IMG/VR virus record: IMGVR_UViG_3300017963_002532
Coordinates: 1 to 64,000 of that record
DNA: 64,000 nt
Direction: 5' to 3' (one strand)
Source: a virus
Lineage: Duplodnaviria; Heunggongvirae; Uroviricota; Caudoviricetes
In this document: positions 1 to 7,892 of the stretch, piece after piece
Numbering within the stretch: position 1 is the stretch's first letter
Layout: each line of letters opens with the position of its first letter
Program-made: the position numbers and the translations under genes
Notes under the pieces: generated by a model
The model's database searches: none
What the model saw: only the letters and a program-made list of their open reading frames with translations
What the model was told of the DNA's origin: nothing

Positions 1-294
1 GTCGGGCAGTTCGGACGGGTCATGCGCGGGCATCGGTAGTTTCAGGAAGACTACCGCCAATCCCCTTGAGTCGGCACCGGCTTGCGCGTCGGCAAGGTGA
101 TTCGGCTTGACGTTGCCCAACCACTCGAACGTATCCCGCTTGTAGCAGGCATACTCATAGTCCTGATAGAACGCCTCGCGGACGGTATCGACGTCCTCCT
201 GCGGCGGTTTGTAGCCGATTTGGGAGAACCACGTCCACCGCTCGTGCGTATCGGCGTGGAGTCCGAGGCTTTCTGCCGTTGGTTTCTCGTTCAT
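1..294 (-). CDS. hypothetical protein, N-terminal part (start ATG 292-294; frame stays open to window start)
   Basis: stop-free minus frame 294->1; conserved leader motif immediately upstream (296-326). Confidence 0.45.
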   Translation of the reverse strand, partial: MNEKPTAESLGLHADTHERWTWFSQIGYKPPQEDVDTVREAFYQDYEYACYKRDTFEWLGNVKPNHLADAQAGADSRGLAVVFLKLPMPAHDPSELPD

Positions 295-295
295 G

Positions 296-326
296 GCTTT
301 CCTTCCTTTCACCCCAATTATACCCT
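296..326 (-). promoter_or_regulatory. leader/promoter element TATAAT-N-GGGGTGAAAGGAAGG preceding ATG at 294
   Basis: plus-strand text cctttcaccccaattatac; same element found before 4 other left-end genes. Confidence 0.45.
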
Positions 327-491
327 ACCCGGCGGCGCTGTCAAGTTCCTTTCGGAATTTTCTCTTGAGTATCCGCCGGATAGTGCGAAAGAATTTCTTC
401 TTCTCGCGGGGTGACGGATCGCAGCAGTAGCAGTTTACTCCGCCCTTACCGGCGCGTTTCGCTGCTACCTTACGATGTTCTGATCGGTTAC

Positions 492-710
492 TCATGACAG
501 TAGGGCGCGGATGAAGTGCATCGCCACGCGGAAATTCTCGTTGTCCCGATTTTGGATGGCGAGGTTTCGGCTCAACCATCGGACGTTTGAGTCGCTTGAT
601 GTGTCGCGTCTCATCTCGGGAACGTCCATATCCTTGATTGCCTCGCGCAGTAGGTCGCGCACGTTGTAGCCGACGGTTCGCCCGTCGTCCAGAATTTCGA
701 TGTTGCTCAT
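492..710 (-). CDS. hypothetical protein (72 aa)
   Basis: ORF with ATG at 708-710 directly downstream of conserved leader motif (711-747); overlapping 325..729 ORF is Arg-rich junk. Confidence 0.55.
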   Translation of the reverse strand: MSNIEILDDGRTVGYNVRDLLREAIKDMDVPEMRRDTSSDSNVRWLSRNLAIQNRDNENFRVAMHFIRALLS

Positions 711-747
711 GGTTGTTTGTCCCTTTCACCCTAATTATATCCTATAG
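711..747 (-). promoter_or_regulatory. leader/promoter element TATAAT-TA-GGGTGAAAGGGACAAACAACC-ATG
   Basis: plus text ccctttcaccctaattatatcc. Confidence 0.45.
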
Positions 748-923
748 GGCGGCGCTGTCAAGTGATAATCAAAACTTTCTGTCCGACGCATTTGTCCGCG
801 CATTTTGACAGCACGCTAACAACGTTCAGACCTTTTCATCGTTAGTTCGATAGCGAGATCGCGGGGAGTTACCCCGCGTCTCACTTTGCGAAAGGAGGAC
901 AAACCATGTTGTTTCAGATGTTC

Positions 924-1646
924 CTACCGTTTGATCTTTTTCCCCTGCGGGAATCCGGGATCGACCACGAAACCCGTCTCATCCCGAGACGCCTGCCCTT
1001 TCGAAACCAGACCGATCACGCCGTCCCGATCTGAGAATCTCGCGTCGTGGGCGTCGCCGTCTCGAACCGGGAATCCCTTCCAATCGGGCGGAAGAATTTT
1101 CCCGGAGAAGACCACGGCTACCTGCCCTCCCGATTTGAGAATCGAAAGCGCCGTCCGGTGATTCGTCTCACTTCGGGAAAAGGTCAAGTGATAGTTCGCG
1201 GGCAATCCACCGCGAAGAAATTTCCGCATCCGATACGGATTCTTGGTATAGTCCATATATTGGACTTGAGGAAATTCCGCGAAAAGATCGGGAAAAATTT
1301 TCTCGAACGGAAGATCGCTCGTGCCGTTGAGTCTCACAACGGGACGCATTCCCTTTTTCCGCGCTTGATTCACCAACCGGGAAATATCTGCCCGTAACTG
1401 AGAAAGAAATACCTCCCGGTCCTCGACGAAGAGAAGCGTTTTCCGCACGCGCCCGGCTTTCACGTTCGCCATAGCACCGCGCCCGGCGGTATACAGGCAC
1501 GCGGCACGGCAACCCGGGGAAGCGAACGGGCATAGGTTCTGCCCGGGAATCTCATCGGCGGGACTGAGATACAGGATACCCGTTAGATACCCGAGTTTTT
1601 CGCCCTTGACCGTTTTCGCGTCCGATCCGACCGATAGTAGTTTCAT
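924..1646 (-). CDS. hypothetical Cys-motif protein (240 aa; LCPFASPGCRAACLY motif), possibly phage Gp37/Gp68-like
   Basis: ORF table 924..1664 begins at a GTG inside the leader; first ATG at 1644-1646 sits about 22 nt after GGGGTGAAAGG. Confidence 0.6.
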   Translation of the reverse strand: MKLLSVGSDAKTVKGEKLGYLTGILYLSPADEIPGQNLCPFASPGCRAACLYTAGRGAMANVKAGRVRKTLLFVEDREVFLSQLRADISRLVNQARKKGMRPVVRLNGTSDLPFEKIFPDLFAEFPQVQYMDYTKNPYRMRKFLRGGLPANYHLTFSRSETNHRTALSILKSGGQVAVVFSGKILPPDWKGFPVRDGDAHDARFSDRDGVIGLVSKGQASRDETGFVVDPGFPQGKKIKR

Positions 1647-1692
1647 GGTTTTCTTTCCTTTCACCCCTATTATAACTCATGAGATTCGATTG
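1647..1692 (-). promoter_or_regulatory. GAGTTATAATAG promoter-like motif plus GGGGTGAAAGGAAAG leader
   Basis: plus text cctttcacccctattataactcatgag. Confidence 0.5.
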
Positions 1693-2028
1693 TCAAACCG
1701 TTTTTCTGGAATTTTGCATTCTCATTTTGAGACCGCTGCGCGTTGGGGGCGGAGAGGTTCAGACCTGAACGTATTTACCAAAATCGCCGATTTTGTGCTT
1801 GACTCGTCGTGAGAATGTGGTATTCTTGGGCGACGGAACCAGATTCCCATTCCAGGGACGTCTCATTCTGAGATTCCCATTCTGAGACTCCGTGAACTTC
1901 GGAGTTTCAGATCTTAAGATCCAGAGGTAGGAAGGTCCAGGGTCGCATATATAATATTGATGCAGACCTCCAACTCGGATTCCTATTTACACTTCCAATT
2001 CTCGTTCTCGTTAGCACGGCAAAGCCGG

Positions 2029-2403
2029 TTAGATCCCTGCCGCCTTGGTCTCGTTCGCCCAAAGCCGATCCGCGTAGTCCTTGAGGTGGGTCTCTACCCG
2101 GGCGGCTATCGTGCGAGCGTTATCCCTGGCAAGCCCCACGGCGTAGTTGATTGCCTCTTGCTCATCGGCGAACTTGGCAACAGGGCGATTCTCCGGGCTG
2201 TCGTAGGGATTGCACATCAGCGCCCGCTCGACCACCCACATCTGGTCTACCTGGCTCTGGTAGATGTAGTAGCCGGTATCATCAGGTCCGTCGTCATTCT
2301 CGAACCAGCTACCATCATAGACCTTGTGAACGCCCTCGCCGCAGTGGTCCCGCCAGCACTCGCCGACGGGAAAATCGTGGCACTGAGATGGTCTGATTGT
2401 CAT
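2029..2403 (-). CDS. hypothetical protein (124 aa)
   Basis: ORF in the minus-strand gene series; overlapping plus ORF 1957..2847 judged antisense artefact. Confidence 0.55.
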   Translation of the reverse strand: MTIRPSQCHDFPVGECWRDHCGEGVHKVYDGSWFENDDGPDDTGYYIYQSQVDQMWVVERALMCNPYDSPENRPVAKFADEQEAINYAVGLARDNARTIAARVETHLKDYADRLWANETKAAGI

Positions 2404-2427
2404 GTTCAGATCCTTTACTCTTTTGTC

Positions 2428-2447
2428 TTCCCCCGCCCCGAAGGGCG
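2428..2447 (-). terminator. GC-rich hairpin ccgcccc-gaag-ggcgg between sigma gene and next gene
   Basis: 6-bp GC stem, 4-nt loop; no clear U-tract, so terminator role uncertain. Confidence 0.25.
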
Positions 2448-2448
2448 G

Positions 2449-2937
2449 TTATTCCACCCCCTCCAGTTCCCTGGATGCCGCTTCCTTGAACCGCCGCACG
2501 ATGCGGCACACGTCGCTGTGGCTCCTGCCGGTGCGGTTGCTGATTCGCATCATGCTATCGCCGGCAAGGATCGCCGCCATGATCTCGCGGGTCGGCTCGT
2601 CCTGCTCCTCGACGAAGGCGTGAAGCGCGTCCACCTGCGCCGGGGAGAAGTCCGGCACGGGGGCGATAAGCTGGTTGGCGACCTCTTCGTCATGGATGTC
2701 GAGTCCCTGGCAGAACTCTCCGCCGCCTTCGTGGCGTCCCCTGGCACGCTCTTTCCGCGTGAAGTTACGCGCCGCCGTGATCGCCCGACCGATAGCGAAC
2801 TGCTTGTTGTCGGGTTTCTCTTGCTCGGCAAGGTGAGCCGCCAGTAGAGCCTCTTGCACTGCGTCCTCGTAGGTGGCGGGCGTGGTATGCCCCTTGACCC
2901 TGACCAGTTTCCGAATCTCTTGCTCTGTTACGATCAT
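2449..2937 (-). CDS. sigma-70-family (ECF-like) sigma factor, about 162 aa
   Basis: region-2-like AVQEALLAAHLAEQ...AIGRAITAARNFTRKE and region-4 HTH-like EIMAAILAGDSMMRISNRTGRSHSDVCRIVRR; ATG 2935-2937 after conserved leader. Confidence 0.7.
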   Translation of the reverse strand: MIVTEQEIRKLVRVKGHTTPATYEDAVQEALLAAHLAEQEKPDNKQFAIGRAITAARNFTRKERARGRHEGGGEFCQGLDIHDEEVANQLIAPVPDFSPAQVDALHAFVEEQDEPTREIMAAILAGDSMMRISNRTGRSHSDVCRIVRRFKEAASRELEGVE

Positions 2938-2972
2938 TGGGTTTCGTTTCCTTTCACCCCAAGTATACACCC
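2938..2972 (-). promoter_or_regulatory. leader/promoter element TATACT-TGGGGTGAAAGGAAACGAAACCC-A-ATG
   Basis: plus text cctttcaccccaagtatac. Confidence 0.45.
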
Positions 2973-3094
2973 GGAGCGCGTGAAGTCAAATTCTTTTTCA
3001 AAGAAACCTGGGGGACCTTATTCGCGGGGAGAAATCGCCCGTAAGGCAGAACAGAGGTGGGACGTTCGGACCGGTAGATCCGAAGTTGGAGGGT

Positions 3095-3168
3095 GGACGG
3101 GCGTGGGAATCGAACCCACCGGGATGATCTGATTACTGCGCTGACCCGCCGATCCAGCGGACCCGTCC
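3095..3168 (-). tRNA. tRNA-like element: 7-8 bp acceptor stem plus perfect T-arm (GGGUG-UUCGAUU-CCCAC); D-arm plausible; anticodon arm could not be folded
   Basis: plus-strand gtgggaatcgaacccac is the reverse complement of a canonical T-arm; 3096-3102 pairs with 3161-3167; an extra 5' G (3168) could pair with C73 as in tRNA-His, but no GUG anticodon found. Confidence 0.35.
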
Positions 3169-3333
3169 ATAAATCGGGCTCCGGAACCCATGCGTTGGCA
3201 GTCCCGTATTGATGGGTTAGCTACCCGCGTCCTACAAGGATGTTACCCGTGAGCCCGAAAGTGTTAAAAGTCGGGACACGCCCGGCGAAGCCGGGCGGTC
3301 CCTATGCGGAGGAAGTTGGGGTCTGTCGGTATT

Positions 3334-3963
3334 CTACTCGCCGTCGGTCAGGACCTCGGGCGGGGTCTCCTGGTCGGTGCCGTTGAGTCCCATCGCCTTG
3401 CGGGCGAGAGCCCGCTTTCTCTCCTGCGCCTCGCGCATGTTCTTGTGCAGCACGCCCTCGGGCATGTTGGTCTCGCTGATCTCCTGCTTCGGGTCGAAGT
3501 TCTCGCCCGTCGCGGTCTCCGCCGCCGCCGACGCTTCCTTGGCGTCCTCTTCGGCGATCTTCTCGCGGAGCGCGGCACGGCGGGACTCGAAGCCGTTGCG
3601 CTTGATGATGATCTTCGCGGGATTCTCTTCGCTCACCGGCTGGTCGGAGTCGAAGTCCGGGTTCTCGATCGAGACGTCCTCGACGGTCAGCTTGTTGCGG
3701 GTGCGGTAGAAGGTGTTCTTCGCCGCCTCGAACAGCTTGCGGGCACTCTGGTAGCCCTCGTCCGACGCCAGTCGGTCCTTGCTGTTCTTCTCGACCGCGT
3801 TCTCGATGCGCTGGATCTGCTTCTTCGCCTCGGCGTCCGGGAGGGTGCGGAGCAGGGTCGCCATCGGGCTCGGAGTCTCGCTGCCGATCTCGCGGTAGCT
3901 CTTGAGCATCTCGTCCGTGACGGTCACCTTGCGCTCGCGGGTCTTGGTTTCCTTGTCCGACAT
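3334..3963 (-). CDS. hypothetical highly charged (Lys/Glu-rich) protein, 209 aa
   Basis: ORF 3334..3981; second ATG (3961-3963) chosen because AAAGGAAT sits 9 nt upstream; overlapping 3304..4086(+) and 3302..4078(-) ORFs are Arg/Gly-rich artefacts. Confidence 0.6.
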   Translation of the reverse strand: MSDKETKTRERKVTVTDEMLKSYREIGSETPSPMATLLRTLPDAEAKKQIQRIENAVEKNSKDRLASDEGYQSARKLFEAAKNTFYRTRNKLTVEDVSIENPDFDSDQPVSEENPAKIIIKRNGFESRRAALREKIAEEDAKEASAAAETATGENFDPKQEISETNMPEGVLHKNMREAQERKRALARKAMGLNGTDQETPPEVLTDGE

Positions 3964-4001
3964 GATCCAAATTCCTTTCAAGAGAGAAAAGTGTTTCGTT
4001 C

Positions 4002-4023
4002 GACTTCACCCCAAGAATACCAT
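4002..4023 (-). promoter_or_regulatory. leader element AATACC-TTGGGGTGAAG upstream of 3963 gene
   Basis: plus text cttcaccccaagaatacc. Confidence 0.35.
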
Positions 4024-4080
4024 GCTGCGGGCGATAGTCAAGCTGTTTTGATTTTTTCTTTGCGCTTTGTGCGCTCACTG

Positions 4081-4091
4081 CTATAACTCAT
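4081..4091 (-). promoter_or_regulatory. GAGTTATAG promoter-like motif (minus strand)
   Basis: plus text ctataactca. Confidence 0.35.
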
Positions 4092-4290
4092 TTGCTTCAT
4101 CATCTCGTCAGACTTTCTGGATTTTTCTCAAGATCCCTCTTCTATATATATGGTAGAGACGCGCCGGAGGTAACGACGTTCAGATCGGAAGATCCGATGT
4201 TCAAGAACGAGACACCTGGGGATGTTCAGACCGCAAGACCCGAAGTGACAAAAAAGTGGAGTTTTTTCTTGAAACGACTTGACTCAGGAT

Positions 4291-4302
4291 GAGTTATATA
4301 GT
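4291..4302 (+). promoter_or_regulatory. GAGTTATATAGT promoter-like motif (plus strand) in long noncoding region 4024-4689
   Basis: only a 10-codon ORF follows; region also holds a conserved GTTCAGACC block. Confidence 0.3.
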
Positions 4303-4689
4303 AAGAGGACCGACCAGGAAGGAATTTCTATGTGCTGTCTCATTATGAGAGTATCAAAATGAGAAGACGAGCTTCGGATCGGATTGTCCGGTGTGCCGAA
4401 CTTCGGACCTTCGGATCTCAAGGTCCGGGAGGGGTTTAGCGCGATCCCGCCTTATAAGTCGCGCTTCGTGGACCCGGGCGGCTGGTGAGATTTCCAGTTT
4501 TAGTTTTCAATTCAAAAAACCACGCCACGGATTTACCAAAAAAGTTTGGAACGAATGGACTTTTTTTGCCATAATGGATGGTACAAGGCAGGTGGAGAGG
4601 AGCAAGTATTCTCACCTTACGAGCAACCGGAAGAGTCTCCGGCTTCGCCGTAGATTGGCTGCGCCAAGGCTAGTAAGATAGAAGAGTCA

Positions 4690-5112
4690 TTAGTTCAGAG
4701 GCGCGGAAGACTCAACCTCGCGGTCGTCACCAAGAGTTGTCTCCACCGGTGTCACTACTTCCTTCACCTTAATGCCACCCTCTGTTCTTAGGTCTTTTGC
4801 TACGAGCCTCAGACCCACACCGAACAACAAGAACGACATGCCGATTGCCACACCCAAGAAGGTTGCAATGAACCCTAACTTGGCGGCGGTGACAACAAAG
4901 GCGACAACCAGCGCCAGTATCCCAACGTTGAGTCCTACCCACGCCGGTAATGCGGTTCCCTTGAGGTTCCAAGAGATCTTCCACAGGTCGATGTAACCAG
5001 TAAGGAGATTTTTGAAATACGCTTTCATCTCAGATTCCTCTGTGTAAGTTATCAACCCTCTCCGGGTATAGATATCGTAGTAGCCTACCTCTTCCCAATG
5101 GGACTTCTTCAT
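4690..5112 (-). CDS. membrane protein (140 aa, two TM helices)
   Basis: hydrophobic core LPAWVGLNVGILALVVAFVVTAAKLGFIATFLGVAIGMSFLLFGVGL. Confidence 0.6.
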   Translation of the reverse strand: MKKSHWEEVGYYDIYTRRGLITYTEESEMKAYFKNLLTGYIDLWKISWNLKGTALPAWVGLNVGILALVVAFVVTAAKLGFIATFLGVAIGMSFLLFGVGLRLVAKDLRTEGGIKVKEVVTPVETTLGDDREVESSAPLN

Positions 5113-5220
5113 CTATCCCACCGGCTGGATCACGCCGCTCATAATCAGAATGGCAACGATCACCTCTGCCAAACCCAGGAAGACCCAGAACAGTGCGTGT
5201 GCTCGTTGGGCGCGGGTCAT
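5113..5220 (-). CDS. small hydrophobic peptide (35 aa)
   Basis: MTRAQRAHALFWVFLGLAEVIVAILIMSGVIQPVG; its TAG stop abuts the ATG of the 4690..5112 gene. Confidence 0.35.
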   Translation of the reverse strand: MTRAQRAHALFWVFLGLAEVIVAILIMSGVIQPVG

Positions 5221-5293
5221 TGGCTTGTATTTCTTCACTTATGAGCCTCAGAAACGCTGATTTGCCGTTTTAAGCGATTTCGCCCCGTAGATC

Positions 5294-5443
5294 TTAATCC
5301 TTTTGGGTTTCGTCCTCGCCAATTCGGGGCAGATAGGCACCCGTCACAGCCTTGATGAAGGTTACAGCTACCCAAGAAGCCGCTCCGATGAAGATCCAGA
5401 GCGTCACCGCCCCCTGAGTAGTTAATTCATTGATCCACTGCAT
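5294..5443 (-). CDS. small membrane protein (49 aa)
   Basis: MQWINELTTQGAVTLWIFIGAASWVAVTFIKAVTGAYLPRIGEDETQKD; preceded by GAGTTATAACAG motif and AGAAAGGGG RBS. Confidence 0.5.
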   Translation of the reverse strand: MQWINELTTQGAVTLWIFIGAASWVAVTFIKAVTGAYLPRIGEDETQKD

Positions 5444-5462
5444 CTAAAGTGCCCCTTTCTAC

Positions 5463-5475
5463 TGTTATAACTCGC
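5463..5475 (-). promoter_or_regulatory. GAGTTATAACAG promoter-like motif (minus strand)
   Basis: plus text ctgttataactcgc. Confidence 0.45.
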
Positions 5476-5624
5476 TTTAGGGCTGTTTTCACCCGGTTTT
5501 CTTGAACTTTACGGGCTCATTTCGGCTTTTTTGCCGCTATGACGGGGTTTTGGGCGGTTTTAGCTGAAAAATAGATGAATACAACGAGAAAGTGGGCGTG
5601 TAGCTAGGCACACAAGGGCTCAAT

Positions 5625-5765
5625 CTACTCTTCAGAATCACGCATTAGATCACGGCGAGAGATGGTGTGAAAGGGATCAAGACGAGCCCATAATACCAAG
5701 AGTCCTACTATGGTAATGAGAGCTATGATTCCTGATAGTGGGGTTCCTAAGAATGATGCGATCAT
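5625..5765 (-). CDS. small membrane protein (46 aa), paralog of 5811..5936
   Basis: MIASFLGTPLSGIIALITIVGLLVLWARLDPFHTISRRDLMRDSEE; shares RxDPF-SRRD tail with neighbour. Confidence 0.5.
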   Translation of the reverse strand: MIASFLGTPLSGIIALITIVGLLVLWARLDPFHTISRRDLMRDSEE

Positions 5766-5815
5766 CGTTCAGTTTCCTTGAAGCTACATCCTGCCTTCGG
5801 CAGCGCCGGGCTACC
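5766..5815 (-). repeat. leader repeat A copy 1 (contains ctgccttcggcag hairpin and AAGGAAA RBS)
   Basis: near-identical to 6385-6433. Confidence 0.5.
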
Positions 5816-5936
5816 CTCGGGAATCACGACGGGAGAACGGATTAAGATCCCTGCCAATGAGCATCGAGAATAGGATTACTCCTCCTATTGCTCCTAGTAA
5901 GATTGATGAGATTGAGACAATGAATAGTGTGATCAT
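5811..5936 (-). CDS. small membrane protein (41 aa), paralog of 5625..5765
   Basis: MITLFIVSISSILLGAIGGVILFSMLIGRDLNPFSRRDSRG. Confidence 0.5.
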   Translation of the reverse strand: MITLFIVSISSILLGAIGGVILFSMLIGRDLNPFSRRDSRG

Positions 5937-5975
5937 CGTTCAGATTCCTCCAACAATCAGTATCGGCAAGATCAC

Positions 5976-6110
5976 CTCAATTAATGAACCCATGCGGTCC
6001 GAGCACCAATCTAAGCAGGATGAAATGGGCTGCGCGGACGGGTGCCCAACCGGATGTTTTCTCGACCCGCGCTGTGAAACATCAGACCTTCTGTGCTTCA
6101 GATACATCAT
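5976..6110 (-). CDS. possible small basic protein (44 aa)
   Basis: ATG preceded by leader repeat B; sequence Arg-rich with no clear fold. Confidence 0.2.
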
Positions 6111-6245
6111 CTGTTATTCTCTCTATCTAAGCTGTTTTTCTGAACTCTGAACTCAGAGTGATCGCACCAGTATTTCAAAGTGATAGCAGTCTTCATTTAC
6201 CGGTTTCCTTAACCGGTTTTCAACCGCGCCCGCGCCGGTTAGATT
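6111..6245 (-). repeat. leader repeat B copy 1 (tctaagc...ttttctgaa... plus palindromic hairpin accggt-ttcctta-accggt at 6199-6217)
   Basis: second copy at 6629-6765. Confidence 0.5.
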
Positions 6246-6384
6246 GGAGCCCGCAGAAGAAGGGTTTGAGACACAGAATGCGCCACGTCCCGGTGATCGG
6301 ACCCCACACACAGGCATACCAGAACCAGCAGGATAGCACTAGTAATCCTATTATTGATCCTAGTATTTGGAGTGTCAATATCAT
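6220..6384 (-). CDS. small membrane protein (54 aa)
   Basis: MILTLQILGSIIGLLVLSCWFWYACVWGPITG...; ATG follows leader repeat A copy 2. Confidence 0.4.
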   Translation of the reverse strand: MILTLQILGSIIGLLVLSCWFWYACVWGPITGTWRILCLKPFFCGLQSNRRGRG

Positions 6385-6433
6385 AGTTCAATTTCCTTTA
6401 AGCTACATCGTGCCTTCGGCACCGCCCGCCGGG
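6385..6433 (-). repeat. leader repeat A copy 2
   Basis: gttcaatttcctttaagctacatcgtgccttcggcaccgcc vs copy 1. Confidence 0.5.
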
Positions 6434-6628
6434 CTAGAGTGGATCAAACGGATCAATAATGCCACCAAGATCTATCCCTTGGACCTTACGCGCAAGACCC
6501 AGGATTAGGATCTCCCGCGCCCGCCTGATCCTTTTTACGTAGTCTTCCGATATGATCCAGCCACAGTTTGGGCACATGAGCATTATGCCGAAGTGTTGCT
6601 TACAGCTTTGGCATTGCCACTCAATCAT
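6434..6628 (-). CDS. small zinc-ribbon protein (64 aa; CxxC...CxxC)
   Basis: MIEWQCQSCKQHFGIMLMCPNCGW...; preceded by leader repeat B copy 2. Confidence 0.5.
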   Translation of the reverse strand: MIEWQCQSCKQHFGIMLMCPNCGWIISEDYVKRIRRAREILILGLARKVQGIDLGGIIDPFDPL

Positions 6629-6765
6629 TGTTCAGTATTCTCTCCATCTAAGCCTCTTTTCTGAAGACTGATATCATTCTGCTCGCAAAGCGGTATCCCG
6701 GTTATTTCACTCTTCATCTACCGGTTTCCTTAACCGGTTTTCAACCGCGCCCGTGCCGGTTAATC
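6629..6765 (-). repeat. leader repeat B copy 2 (with accggt-ttcctta-accggt hairpin at 6718-6736)
   Basis: direct repeat of 6111-6245. Confidence 0.5.
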
Positions 6766-6839
6766 TCACGCACGATCATCATTGCTCCCGGATCTTGAGA
6801 TTGAGTTGAGCTACTCATAACTCTCTCCCGAAATAGACT

Positions 6840-6866
6840 TATGCCCCGACCTCTGGTGAGATCGGG
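6840..6866 (-). terminator. hairpin gccccga-N12-tcggggc downstream of SPFH gene
   Basis: 7-bp GC stem just after stop at 6879; some U residues follow on the minus transcript. Confidence 0.35.
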
Positions 6867-6878
6867 GCTGTGAATGGA

Positions 6879-7862
6879 CTACTGACCGTCGTTCTGACGC
6901 TTCTCCGCGTCGTTCGCCGCCTTCTGAGCGTCTTGCGCACGCTTCAGGGCGCTGTTGACACCATCGCCGGGCTTCGAGTCCTGAATCGCGTCCCGAATCA
7001 GGGCGCTGTTCATGAGACCGCCCGTGCCGCCGCCGTTCATCATATCGAACGGGACGATGAACATCTTGTTCGCACTCTTGGCAGCGGCGAGCATGACCTT
7101 GTTCTGCTGCCACGCCAGATAGAGCGGGTTGTTGTTCAAGCTGGCACCGATGATCGCCTGAGCGTCAGCGATTTCCTTGGCTTCGAGAAGGGCGATCTGA
7201 TACTCTTTGTTCTTGACCCTGAGTTCACCCTCGGCACGCGCCTGGGCGATCTGAGCCTTCGCTCTCTCTTCCTTGATCGCAATCTCGCGCTGCTTGTTCT
7301 TCTCGTTCGCCTGAGTGATGATGGCGGGGAAGTCGAGGTTGGAGATGTTGATGAGACCGATGTTGACCGGAACAGTCTTCAACTGCTCCATAACAGCCGT
7401 GCGGATCTCGTTCTCGATCTGACCACGTTCGGCGTTGATCTGACTGGTCTCGCGGGCGGCGACGATCTTACGCGCTTCCGCCTCGACAACGGGCTTGACG
7501 TAGATCCGGTAGATATCCTGCCGACTGATCAACTTGTCTTCGCCGGAACGCACCTTGGTAAACACGCGGTTGATTGCGTCCTTGTCGTCATTCACGCCGC
7601 AGCGCGTATTGACGTCGAACTCGAAGTTGAGATCATCGGCACAGAGAATCTTGAGAGTCTCGGTGTAGAGATCCTCGGTGGTGTCGATGAAATACGCATC
7701 GTCACGACCCCAACAGGTGGCGCGACCCGGATCGTAGATCTCGTCCTGCCAGCCATCGACGGTCATGACCTTACACTTCGTGCCCTGCGGCACTTCGACG
7801 GTGCATCCCGCCGCGAACATGGCGGCAACGATACCGAGTAGAAGGGCAAACTTCTTCATCAC
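6879..7862 (-). CDS. SPFH/band-7 (stomatin/prohibitin/HflKC-like) lipoprotein, 327 aa
   Basis: signal peptide with lipobox (LLGIVAAMFAAGC) and long coiled-coil Ala/Glu/Lys-rich region typical of band-7 proteins. Confidence 0.6.
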   Translation of the reverse strand: MMKKFALLLGIVAAMFAAGCTVEVPQGTKCKVMTVDGWQDEIYDPGRATCWGRDDAYFIDTTEDLYTETLKILCADDLNFEFDVNTRCGVNDDKDAINRVFTKVRSGEDKLISRQDIYRIYVKPVVEAEARKIVAARETSQINAERGQIENEIRTAVMEQLKTVPVNIGLINISNLDFPAIITQANEKNKQREIAIKEERAKAQIAQARAEGELRVKNKEYQIALLEAKEIADAQAIIGASLNNNPLYLAWQQNKVMLAAAKSANKMFIVPFDMMNGGGTGGLMNSALIRDAIQDSKPGDGVNSALKRAQDAQKAANDAEKRQNDGQ

Positions 7863-7892
7863 AAAACACTCCTGTAGTTGGAAAAAAGGAAC

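Noticed and set aside
325-729. 134-aa minus-strand ORF
   Set aside because: Arg-rich junk frame overlapping the motif-supported 492-710 gene and the intergenic leader.
1957-2847. 296-aa plus-strand ORF
   Set aside because: It spans two well-supported minus-strand genes (2029-2403 and the sigma-like gene), which have conserved leader motifs and coupled starts. It looks like a high-GC antisense ORF with low-complexity Ala/Val/Arg/Gly-rich translation.
3095-3168. Interpretation of the tRNA-like elements as phage attP cores (3' tRNA fragments used for integration)
   Set aside because: Both elements also contain a matching 5' acceptor strand (full acceptor helix), and no integrase/recombinase is visible in this window; kept as tRNA-like RNAs instead, though attP cannot be fully excluded without the rest of the genome.
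3302-4086. Overlapping 258-aa (-) and 260-aa (+) ORFs
   Set aside because: Both are Arg/Gly/Leu-rich alternative frames of the real 3334-3963 gene; the true frame gives a coherent charged protein with an RBS-supported start.
5857-6508. Plus-strand ORFs 5857-6150 and 6158-6508
   Set aside because: They run antisense across the repeated small minus-strand genes and their conserved leaders, and the translations are low complexity.
6870-7841. 323-aa plus-strand ORF
   Set aside because: Antisense shadow of the SPFH lipoprotein gene 6879-7862(-), which has a clear lipoprotein signal peptide and band-7-like composition.
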